Source of the DNA: Nymphaea colorata
Taxonomy: Eukaryota
DNA: 64,000 nucleotides
Assembly: GCF_008831285.2 (NCBI RefSeq)
Contig: NC_045138.2
Location: 35,526,001 to 35,590,000, forward strand
Direction of reading: 5' to 3'
Shown piece by piece: positions 1 to 31,421 of this stretch (positions are counted from its first letter, which is position 1; each line of letters opens with the position of its first letter). A program made the translations under genes and the position numbers. The notes under the pieces were generated by a model. That model was not told the DNA's origin. It worked only from the letters and a program-made list of their open reading frames with translations, and did not search any database.

Positions 1-462
1 TTCATGCTTGTAGCAACATAAGAATCAATAAACAAAGGAGGCCATGAATATTGACTCCTGCAAGGTTGCATTCTGTCATATAAAATCAAAATCAAGCACA
101 ATTTTCACAAGGACAAACCAAGGAAAGTGACCTAGATGGTATATCAAAACGTGCAAGCCAAGGTTTGATGAAGGGACAAAATTATGTAAGCAGTCAGTGA
201 AGATTCAAGGAGGTACAATATGCTACAGTAGCCACAAAAAAAAAAAAAAAGGAACTATCACACTAACAATACTCCATCATATTAAGATGACCAAAAATGA
301 CAAATAAGATGCAAATATTGATTACACAAGATGTATCCATGCTCAGCTAATCATAAAGCAATACAGTCCAACTCTGTGTGTGTTTGTATTAGAGAGCTCT
401 AAATCAGTTATGCCATTGCATGAATGGCAGCAATCCACAAGCCACAAGGAAATAAACATCAC

Positions 463-13659
<13,197 letters not shown>

Positions 13660-13783
13660 GGAAGCGTCGATAAGTGAAGATAACTCAAACCTGATATAAC
13701 TCCTTCTTCCTCCTCCGCTTCCTTTTCTTAACGGAAGGATTTCAGAGAAGATAATGCATTTCCTCTTCTTCCTGGAGAAGCTA

Positions 13784-13792
13784 AAACCCTAG
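13784..13792. promoter_or_regulatory. Telo-box-like motif AAACCCTAG upstream of gyrA
   Basis: Motif lies ~125 bp upstream of the gyrA ATG. Telo-boxes are common in promoters of plant replication and translation genes. Confidence 0.5.
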
Positions 13793-13882
13793 CGCGGTAG
13801 ATTTTGCAAAAGGGCGCGAAGATTTTGGCTCTCATCATCTTGGCCGTCTTATAGAGGATAGAGAAGGCAGTTCGGGTTCCCC

Positions 13883-14039
13883 GGTTTGGACACGGTTCAG
13901 ACACGAAGAGAAAGGTCTCGCGGTTAGTTACGGTGCCGCGGTTCGGACACGAAGGTCAGGAGTTCTGCGGTTCAGATACGAATCAGACACGTAGGGAAAG
14001 GTTTGGACACAGCGGTAATGGTTCCACGGTCCGAACACA
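13883..14039. repeat. Cluster of about seven degenerate GGTTYRGACACR motifs upstream of gyrA
   Basis: Copies at 13883, 13894, 13940, 13969, ~13983 (partial), 14000 and 14028. Confidence 0.8.
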
Positions 14040-15394
14040 GAAGGAATGGCTAACGCCGACTGTGCACCAGAGCTGATACCGCCGAGTTTTTCTCAAATTG
14101 ATTAAATAATATGGTGCAGGACTTTCGCAAATAATACTTGGTTTCTTATATAGTGCCTATGCGACTGACAATTTGCTAGAAAGTTAATAACGTCAAAAAA
14201 GCAGTCGAAAGCAAATATTGTCTTTGACACAAACCAATTTTACAGCTGAGCAATTTACTTAGAAACTGTTGTACCATTGAGTTTGTGTTTTTGTCATTTT
14301 CGAACATATAGTATGTCCTCAGGTCCGTCATTTCCATCAAGACTCGAGAGGTGCTATAAAAATTGTAGTTTTCACATGTAAAAAAAAAGTATAACATGGA
14401 ATAAGCTATGAAGAGTGCTTTAACAATCGGTTCGTCAAATTTGCAAAGGTGTCGATTTGGTGAAAGAGTCGCTTGATCATTCGGTTGAATCCTTATTGAA
14501 TCGGCAAAAAGTATTAATTAAAGAGCCCAGTTAAAGACTTATTTGAGATATAAACAAACTAAGAATAAAACAAGCACTTGTGGCAGTCTTAAATTAGCAA
14601 ACTAGTTCGCCACGCCGACAAATAAGATGGTCGCCTTCTTATGTATATAGCTACTTATTGATGTTTCTATTCTTGTTACAGTTCAATGTGGGGATCTCTT
14701 GTAGACGATACAGTACCAGTAACCTAGAGTAGTGCCATTCCCCGGGGACCTGCCACCGTCCTCGTTTGCTCGATCCAGAAGAAGGTTGGCAAAGGCAGGA
14801 GATTCAGGTGGCTAAGAACCCGGTGAAACGCGATCTGCTGGCAGTCATTTTATCTGCCGCGTCCCATCACCATTTAAGACAACGCATATAGGATTGATTT
14901 CATAGATATAAAGTACCGAAAGGTGGCTACTCTAACGTCCTGGTTCATAGACGTAAAGATGCGTGATTAGATTCAAAAAAGGAATGAAGTTTCACTTGGT
15001 CGATTCCCCTTAATCAGTCGCAGGTTTCTATCTTCAACGTCAAATGGAGGTCCAAGGTTAGACTTCCGCAGGCGGCTCTCAAGAGTTCCAAAACAAAAGC
15101 ACGTACTGTTTATTCCTGTTACTAGACTCTTCATCCTTCTTATCGTAGTTTCTCACTTTCTTGAGAAATATTTTTCTCATAGTGAAAATTCCACTTCTAG
15201 CTTCTATTTTCATATGCTTAAAGAGAGACCACCTTTTGTGATGTTTTTAATAAAAGCCACACCTCAAATAAAAAGTCTGAATCGCTACTCTACGCTTTTC
15301 TACAACTAAGTTTATTTAAAGCTCTCATTCCATGGTTTCCTTTTAACTATAGCTCTTACTAAAGAAGACTGCAGAAGCCATTAAGTTTAAAATT

Positions 15395-15474
15395 AGAGGC
15401 AAAAGAAATATGGAACAGGTTATGTGTTATAGGGAGGCGCGAAAGGAGCCTCCCCGTAACACCCATGTCGCCCT
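15395..15474. mobile_element. Short MITE-like element with an internal GC-rich hairpin
   Basis: Stem GTGTTATAGGGAGGC / GCCTCCCCGTAACAC (15424-15462). Ends AGAGGC... and ...CGCCCT resemble the element at 50081-50289. Confidence 0.45.
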
Positions 15475-15756
15475 AAAAAAAAAAAAGCTGAAAAAAGAAA
15501 AGTTCTCATTTTTTCTTACAATGAATGCACCCGTTGTAATATCCGAGACTGGGTCAGGTGACTAGCCTGACTAAAATCTACTCCTGGTCTGGGAAGTCCA
15601 TTGGCGACCATCTCCGGGACGAGGATCAGGCATCTCACCAGCTCCCAAAGAGGTTAAAATGCACGGTGGACTGAAATCTTAGGAATATGTACCATGCAAT
15701 TCTTATTAACCGACATTCACTGACAGTCGCTTTACATGCTGGAGACAGAAGAGTAA

Positions 15757-18616
15757 TCACACGGCCTCTAGCGCGTCAATTTCATATCTGACTTCCTCCA
15801 AATGTTCATTGATACACGTTACCGCATCCTGCACTCCCCTTATGGCTTCATTCAAAGAATTGTCATACTCGGCGTCTGCCTCAGCATCTTCCGTTCCAGT
15901 GGCTTCTGTGATCTCGCATACATGTATGCACTGATGCTCGGTAGGCTTGGTGAACGTGCACTTTTCATGGCTTATGAGCCGCTCCGATGGCCTGCCAGCT
16001 TTCTTCAGCACTTGTATTCTTGCTGTCTTTGGATGGAATACAAGAAATTGATCACAAAGTGGAAGTTCACGAAAGTGAATCTTCAAGAAACAGCAAACAG
16101 TGTCTACAGAGAGAAAAAAAGCATTGCACATCCAGACACTCAAAAAATGATTAAAGGCATGGATCTTATAAAGGCATCAAACCTACGATAAAAACTAGAG
16201 AATTATGCTCAGTAAAATGCTTCAAGAACACATCATACTGCTTATGCCAGTAAAAAAAATACTTTACTAATTAATTCTTCCTTGAACAAAATTTCTGTTA
16301 ACTTATTTTAGGGCAGAAAGAAGACACCAATATTTTTGGAAGTGAATCTGAAGCAAAAGCAGTTTATAGATCCAAAAACGAAACAAGTTCGATTGGCATC
16401 TGAAATTAGGAAACAAAGCACAGAAGCCTGGTACCAAAAATTTAACCCGCTATGAAATGCAGGGAATATAATAGCATTTCATAAACCATACTATATCCAC
16501 AAATTTGAGTTAGTAATCCCACTGAGATATTCAAACAGCTAAAAGGCCACTCCATTGTGAGGTGCATACCAGGTGCAACTTCTGTTTTTCATGTGCCTGA
16601 ACTGATTTCAGCAGGTCAGCAAGATCATTTCGGTGGAACACAGGATTTGAGAGCACGGATTCCATTTCAAGGACCTGAAGATGTGGATGTCAAATTATTT
16701 CTCAGTATACGTGAACAAAAATGGCTGCACGACATAGTATGAAGAATGATACCAAAAAAAACAAAAAAAATCTTATTCTTGCCATCCGCCTGCCACCAAC
16801 ATGCCCACCCAATTATCCAGAATATAAAAGAAAATCAATTGGGGCAATTAAATATTGTCATCAAGAAGGATGATACGAGCCTTCAAAACGTAGCTTTTTA
16901 TTTTCACACAGCAGTATCTTTACAGGAATGCATAAGCAGAAGCATTGTTCGTGGATATGCATACATAGTTACATACAGAGTGAGAAATAAAATGTAGTGT
17001 GTGTCCCTATTGATTATATGAAAATTAAGTGCAAGATACTGATGAGCAATTGGTTGAGGAGTTGAAACCTGCACGGTGAATACCAAGCTCCTAATATACC
17101 TTAAAAAAAAAATCATTACAAGGCCTTGCAGGCATTAGGAGGATGGAGATTTCAGACAAATTAAATATTTTGACAGAAATATAATCACCCACTTGTTTGG
17201 AACAATCGTTAAACTCCAGTGTGATCTCACTGCAAAGCTGTTGATAGATTGCATCACCTCCTGTCACCATATATTCTGCAAAGCCCCTGTCAAGGTTCCG
17301 AACATAGTTGCCAATTAAGTTCTGGATGTAATAGCCATGAGCATCAGCGATTCAGCAGTACTTCGACAGATCATGATATTATGACAGTGGCCAGAGGGTA
17401 AAAAACAACTCTCGTAGCAACAGAATCGCTTCAAAATTCAAACAGTCAGCAGTCTATAAACATGGCAACATCATCATACTTCACTACTTCAGTTTTCAAT
17501 TGTCAAAAAGCATATCTTCTGTTTTTCTTTTTTTCTCTTTGGGTGGGCTTCTGGTATCTGAATACCTTAAACCCTTGCATGCTTGATCCTTTTCTTTTAT
17601 TTTCTCACAGGCAAAACTTATCAGGAGATATTCTCATGTTTACAAAGTACTGATGCCAATAATGGTATTGTTGCTTGAGCTGGAAAGTCTCATTAACTAA
17701 ACGCATTGCTCCTGTATCATATCTAGCAATAAGAGGAATTGATTGTTTGCTTGTTATGAATATACTGTTTGCAGCACATAAGTATATCCTAATGCACAGT
17801 AGGAGCTAATAAATAAGACAACCAAAACCATAAAATGCATTCTGCAGTGGCGAAACCAGTAACCTTCTTGATAGGTGGAGACCCTTTAACGAACTCCGCA
17901 GAAGTTTTGTTTATTACAAGTGCATAAAAATACAAAAACCAAGGAGAAAGGTTGCGAATCCTGAACTCTCTTAAGCCATGGCGTACCAACTTGCATTTTT
18001 ACATCACTTGACCTTACTTTCTTAATTTTGGTGGTTTGGCTGTCAAAACATCAAAGCTATTAGTCGTACTGGCGCAGCAGCAAGCAGAGCTAATATGAAG
18101 AATACCCAAATGAATTATTCAGGGCCATTCTTTTGAGTTAGGATGCAGACGCACGAGAATACAACATCAGAGATTCTAAACCATGAGCCAATATCAACTT
18201 AGTCCATATCGTGTGCATATGTAACCATCAGTAAACAACAACGCAGGATGACTGCATTAGGAAATTACTCTACGAAATACCAACTTGAAGCTGAAAAAAT
18301 GAAACGTCGTGTTCTCACTCAACAAGAGGCGACTTCCGAAGGGTGTCTTTCCATGCATTCGCTTCTCCTTAAAAAACAAACTCTGATATACTCGAGATGC
18401 AATTCTCAATCATGCGCATTTTGTTTTCTTTCCGATTAAGGAGACGCTTCCAAACGCCCACGATAACTATGAATAATTCAGAAATTGGTTGTGCTTCGAA
18501 TACCTCCGCAGTCTTTCATATGCAGCAGCCCTGCGCTGCTGGACGCCAAGGAATCGACGAAGCAAATCAATCAGCTGAGTGGACGTTGAGATTATCTCCT
18601 TCCCATCCACCTCCAT
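15757..18616 (-). CDS. REX1-B (Required for excision 1-B) domain protein, 193 aa. Exons: 18504-18616, 17193-17286, 16570-16674, 15757-16026; probable 5'UTR intron 18687-18882
   Basis: Spliced ORF MEVDGKEIISTSTQLIDLLRRFLGVQQRRAAAYERLRRGFAEY..YQQLCSEITLEFNDCSKQVLEMES..LLKSVQAHEKQKLHLTARIQVLKK..AIRGVQDAVTCINEHLEEVRYE, with in-phase GT-AG introns. The family was assigned from recalled motifs, not a database search. Confidence 0.85.
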
Positions 18617-19632
18617 TCCCACCCGAACCTCGTCAGATGGTCCTACTTATTACTGCTTACTCCTCCAAATCAGTAATCCAGGTAAACTGTCACATAAAAC
18701 ACGCAAAATTATCCAAACCAAACCAAAACATAGAAAGAAAATCACAACCAATCAGCGGGCCAACAGAGAATCAAAGAGAAAACGATTTAAAAGACCCAGA
18801 AATCTCTCTTCTCAAACACAGCAAACATAGCTTCTATTACGAAACCCATGCGCATAATCGGAGAAGAGAGGAAGAAACTAACCTCCGATAAGCAGAGCAA
18901 CACAAGAGAAAAGGGTGTGACGGAAAGGACCCGAGAGAGGGAGGGAGAGGACGCCAAGTCGTGGGAGCAGGGAAAAAGGTCGGACCAGATGGGCCACCAG
19001 GCGATCGTAGCTACGAGTAGTTTTGGCCCTTAGGCCGTCTCCGACCCGACCCCAACCGAAGTCCTGCTCTCTTCCTGGTCGGGACGAACAAATCGACCGG
19101 AGACCTCGGAAGTTCCAAGGCAACTATACAATAAGTTTATATTAAAAATGTCTTGCATACGGTTTAGTTACTTCATTTTCGCCTCACCAGGTGTAGAAAA
19201 AGTTGATTCTGGAACCGAACCGGCGGCGGCTTGTTCACCAACTCAGCTGAATGAGCTTGAATCGCTTTACGGTATTGAGAAAATAATTGTTGAAAAATAA
19301 AAATTTAAACGGTCGCTAATTTAATTTAGAAGAAATCACAAAATAATTTTAAATAAATAGTTGCTGACGCTTGGTACTTTTGAATTGGCAACCGAATCGA
19401 ATCTGTTTTCCACTGACTCGATTCGAGTCGGCCGATTCAGCCAACAGATTTCCCTCTGTAGTGATAAAAGAGGAAAAAACGGATGCAAGTGAACTCCGTT
19501 TAACTCGCTCTCTTCCCGTTGCCTTTCGTCTGCGAGAAGAAAGAAGAAGAAGAAGAAGAAGCGTGCCCTTCAGCGAGGGAAGACACATATGCGGATTCTT
19601 TCAGCCCGTTCTGTTCCCTTTTGGTCTCCAGG

Positions 19633-26337
<6,705 letters not shown>

Positions 26338-29080
26338 GAATTGGGCATGTTTTCTGATGCTGCAAACTCATCGCCGTCATCATCACAATGATAGATGCCG
26401 TACTTTCAGCTGAAGTGGCATTTCTTCCGTTTTAACGCAGAAGTGATCGACTAACCATGAGATTGCCTATTGATTATCCATCCCTGCATTGGGTTACACT
26501 CGCTGCTTAGCTGATGTAGCGGGAAAGGTCCTGTGCGTTGTTGCAGACGATTGTATATATTGTTGTTGTTTTTTCCCTTGATTCTTTCTTTTGTTGATAT
26601 GGTAAATTGGTCCTTTGTGTGCGTAACAGAGTTGATTGGTAATAAATGGCACAAAGGTGTTCCACTTCTGGTCTACTTTTAAACTGTATCCGAGGTTCAT
26701 ACTTGAGAAAGGTTGCCCTAATTTTTTTTATTGATTATTCGAGGGAATTCATGAGATGAGGCAACGTTAATGTCGCTCCATATTGAGCGTTGAGCGCATC
26801 AGCTGACATCTTGCCGATAAGGTATGGGACCTATGTGGGTTTATAGTTGTCGAGTTCAAAAAAGTTTGAAATGGGGTGACACAGAACAATGACGTAAGCA
26901 TGCTCATATTTGCAACTGTAGCTGAGGCTTATTCTTTTTTTTCTTTTTTAAAAAAGTACTGGAGATATGCAGGCCCTGCTGCAGTCATTTTTTTGGTGAG
27001 TGGGTGGGGTCCAGGTCGGAGCTCTCACTTTGACATCTTTTTAATGCTTTTGGTGCAACAAGGTACTGTTCTAAGGTACTGTTTTAGATTTATATATTGG
27101 TGTCTTTTTTTTTTTTTTTTCTGCCGTACATGGTTAATGTTTTCAAGATTCTAAACGAAAGTTGACTACTTACCAAACCCCATCATTTTTTTTTTCGCTA
27201 ACCCACTCAAGGACCCAACCTTTATAGAAAACTGTTTGACCGTGGATCTGAAATTCACAGGAACCTAAGATCTTAAATATCAGATCTATGGATGTCAGTG
27301 AAACGTAGCATTTTCGAGGTGTACACAGGTAAGAGCAGGCCAGAATTATTTCCGACAATGACGGTCTATGTCTGCCGCAAAAACCAAAAAATGCAAAGAT
27401 GCAAACAAAAGGTCCTGCAAAAAGAGATACGATTGGATTTGGACCTCGATGAGACTACCACGTTTACTGTGTATAAGAACGCAGTGACAGAAATAAGCTT
27501 TAGCTTAAAGGTCCAATCCATTTGCTGCTGGACGGTCACGACCAGTTGGACCGAACGCAGAAGTCATATCTGATCAACCGTCAGATGGACATGGCCGACG
27601 CTTTCGTGTGTGAGAGATGAACGTGTTTCCCTTCTTTTACGTGGACTTGACTTGGAAAAAGGTGTCCGGAACAAGTTTTCACTGTTGAATAAAAGGAATG
27701 ACCTCCAGACAATTTGGTGGATCTTGCCGACCACATTCATGGGGTCAGAATTTTAATTGATGGGCCTCTGCAGCGTAAAGATGCATGGAAAGGTATCGTC
27801 CCGTGTAAACGCGAGATGCTCTTCCATCTTTAGTTTTATTGCTGCGATCGATCGTTTTCTGTTTGTTTCTGCGCAGCTGAGAGGATGTTGAATCGACTCC
27901 TACCAAAGAGTATGGAACTCTGGACCACCTCCAAACCTCAGTCATTCAAACTTCACTCCATAGGTATCAGTTCAGGGTAATTAACCCATTACTGTGTCCC
28001 ATTCAAATAGTAAATGAACCGTACGTAGGCTTATATATGATACACCAACCTCCAGGATGATCCAATTCATTACAGCCAGCCTGGATTAGGCAGGGTTAAT
28101 CCTCCTCCTCCGGAGATCTCCCTCCAGCGTCTCACTGCACACCTCCCTCCCAGGGGCGAAGGAATGGAGAACGATCTTGGAACACGGCTTCTAATTAGTA
28201 CCTCAGGCTGTGAGGAGGAGGGAGGTCCTCTGCGCCAAAGGGTGTGGGAGGAGTCCAAGAAGCTGTGGGTGGTTGCTGCACCTGCCATCTTCACAAGGTT
28301 TACAACGTTCGGTATCCCCGTCATCGGCCAAGCTTACGTCGGCCACATCGGCGGCACAACAGACCTCGCCGCCTTCGCACTGATCTTTACAGTTCTTGCC
28401 CGCTTCAGCAGTGGAGTCCTGGTAATTCTTACCTTTGAGTTAGTTTGCAGTCTCATACTGTACAGATTCGGAGCTCTCCGTTCAGTTGGTTTCTGTATCT
28501 AAAATTTCAGACGATCGCAGTCTGACCTATACATTCATTTACGTATATGTGAAAGGCAGGCCGCTCTAACATTTCAAGACATGACGCCATGTCATTGATT
28601 TGCTAGAAAATATGACTTAAAAAGCTAGATAGACTTACAAGGAAATCAACCATGACGAATCCACGAATGCATTTCAACTTGCTTGAAATCGTGAGCTACT
28701 ATGAGTTTTTGATGGATGTGAATCTTCTTGGATCTCAAATCACCTCGAATCGGAATCTATCAACCACAGATTTGAGCGGTTGGCTTCAAGGCACGCACTT
28801 GATCGGTTGGATATGGTTAATTATCAGGTCTTTTTTGAGGCGTCTGGATTTATTTATTACACTTATATGAGGCATCTCAAACTACTTTATTTTTTTTTCT
28901 TTTAATTTCAAAATAAGTAGTTAAGCACCATATTTTTGGCTCTTAATAATATCGAAGGGAATGAACCTTTTACTTGGATGTCTAAATGGTGAACCAATTC
29001 AAATCAGATCATGGCCTCAAAGAAACATGATAATTCACATGTGCATCTGATCAAATGGCTTGGTTCTAACCATAGGGTAA

Positions 29081-29454
29081 GATGGCAAAAGGATGATATC
29101 ACCAACATGTCTTTTCTTCGACCCGCGGCCACTTCTTTTCTATTAATATTAATATAAAGGGCGGACCGCAGATTAGGGGAAGTTACCCCTTGTCGCCGCA
29201 ATCGGGTCTCAAATCCAAAGTGGACTCATCTCAAATTCCATGGATGTGTTTATTCGCCCCTCCCCGTTACACTAGTACAAACAGGGTCATCCGCTACGAC
29301 TGCTGTGTATAATTGGACCGTAAATCCATGGTTTTCCTTTAACCGTGGATATGGAAACTGGGCTTTACAGCAGTTTGGATCTAGATCATCTTGGATATGA
29401 AACTCAAGGCCACCAAACGCCCTTGGTATCGGTATGGAGGGAACTTTTGCCATC
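29081..29454. mobile_element. MITE-like element with perfect 11-bp TIRs in MATE copy 1 intron 1
   Basis: GATGGCAAAAG at 29081-29091 and CTTTTGCCATC at 29444-29454. The interior is rich in GGAT/ATCC motifs. Confidence 0.6.
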
Positions 29455-30731
29455 GGATAACAATTTTCTTTTTAAAGAAAAAATAAGTTCCATTCGACTC
29501 TTAATAAAGACGAAGTAATCAATAGATTTTTATTGTCGGTTTGGAGACGTCCGACAAAATGGGAATCAATAGGCTTTTGTTAATTAGCGCTTTAATCATT
29601 GACCATCTCAGCTCAGCCGGACATGCAGCCCAAAGCAATTGATTTATTTAGATCTGAAAATGGGATTCCGCGACGGTTGACACAATTCAATGATCAAAAG
29701 AAATTTCTCAAAATTGGTAGCTTATAAAATTCAATCTGACAACCCGACTAAAACTATAAGCATTAAAATTTTCATGTTCTGAAACATCAAAGTCATGAGC
29801 ATAACTATGATAAATACAAATAAAAAAGATAAAAAGGGATGTGTGTGTTCGTAGATTTTAAGCATTTTCTGATAACATTGTTTGGTTAATGGTTGCATGA
29901 AGTTGGGGATGTCGAGTGCATTGGAGACGCTCTGCGGGCAGGCATATGGGGCAGGACGGCACCACATGCTGGGCATCTATCTTCAGCAGTCATGGATCGT
30001 GCTCCTCTGCACCGCCACCTTGCTACTCCCTCTTTTCATCTTTGCACCGACCATCCTAGCGCTGGTTGGTCAGGCGGAGGAGATAGCACAAGCCTCTGCC
30101 TCCATATCTCTCTGGTTCATTCCCGTCCTATACGCTTTCCTCTTCTCCTACACGCTCCAGATGTATCTTCAGTCACAGAGCAAGAACTTGATTATTAGCT
30201 ACTTGGCAGCTCTCTCCATATTGCTTCACGTATCCCTTTCATGGCTTATTTCATCAAAGCCGGGTTGGGGGGTTCATGGGGTCATGTTCTCCATGAACCT
30301 TGCCTATTGGATACCAAACGTTGGACAGTTTCTCTTTGTTTTCTGTGGTGGCTGCCCGAGAACATGGACAGGCTTCTCCACTCGTTCATTCGCCAACCTT
30401 TGGCCAGTGGTTAAGCTCTCCGCTTCGTCAGGTGTAATGATCTGGTAAGGTCCTTCACCTCACTTTTCAGTAATCCATCAGTGTAAACTTAGTTCACAAG
30501 ATTGCTCACTGTTATGTTTAATTAATTTATCCCCGTGTTACTGTGTACACCAATTCTGAAAAGATCTGGATTTGGAGTTCATGGAGAAGGGTTCTGGTTA
30601 AGAGTACTGGTAGCATTCATGAGGCCATTTACTACAGGAAACTGGGTATGCTAGCTTGGTACATTTTGATACAATAACTCGAACCCCGACACATGGTTGA
30701 CAAAATTAAATGCATATATATATATATATAT

Positions 30732-30908
30732 GGCTTCTCAGGCCTCCTCTCCCCTCCCTACTGGGGCCTTCCAACTTTAGGGTGGTGAGAGAAATAGCTA
30801 TAGTTAATGCATCAACGATGAATTCATCCTCCTGGTTCGACGACTGATCAGAAAAATGTCTAGCACGTCATAAAACTGACGAACCTCGGGGTAGAGGGCG
30901 AAGAAGCC
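30732..30908. mobile_element. Possible MITE next to a (TA)n run in MATE copy 1 intron 2
   Basis: GGCTTCTCAGGCCTCCTCTCCCC at the left end resembles the reverse complement of the right end, GGCTTCTTCGCCCTCTACCCC. Confidence 0.4.
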
Positions 30909-31361
30909 TCATGCCATGTGTTCAACGCTTTATCTGAACCCCATTAATTGGTTGATGCTTACAGCATAGATAGTCAATTTTGTGACGATCTCGATCGCCA
31001 CGCTGGTTGTGTGAACAGTTTGGAGCTCTGGTACAATTCGGCACTTGTCTTACTGACGGGAAACATGAGAGACTCTAAGATTGCCACTGATGCTCTTTCT
31101 ATCTGGTACGTCATCGTATCTAATTAGTTCTTAAACTTGGGTTGTTTGAACCATAATTTGTCTAAGACAGTACGTACCTCACAACAACGTCGTTTCAGTA
31201 TAATCCTCGTCGGTTTGTTCACAGCCTCAACATAAACGGGTAGGAGATGATGATATCCCTGGGATTCCTTGCTGCAGCCAGGTACGGCAACTTTGTCGCT
31301 TTGCTAATTCTTAATGTATAACATTAAGATCTGAAAATTTTGAAGTTAATTAACTAAATGC

Positions 31362-31364
<3 letters not shown>

Positions 31365-31400
<36 letters not shown>

Positions 31401-31421
31401 GTGTATATATATATATATATA
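31365..31421. repeat. Compound (CT)n/(AT)n microsatellite
   Basis: Direct reading of the sequence. Confidence 0.95.

Noticed and set aside
13883..14039. CRISPR-like repeat-spacer array
   Set aside because: Repeats are only ~12 bp and degenerate, spacers are irregular, no cas genes are present and the context is plant nuclear DNA.
17039..17075. Hammerhead-ribozyme-like CTGATGAG...GAAAC
   Set aside because: Stem II does not close in the required register and I found no stem I or III partners.
18617..19123. Possible bicistronic TFB5/REX1-S upstream ORF, as in Chlamydomonas REX1
   Set aside because: I saw no TFB5-like coding sequence in the leader. The 81-aa ORF at 18878-19123 starts at TTG and resembles nothing I recognise.
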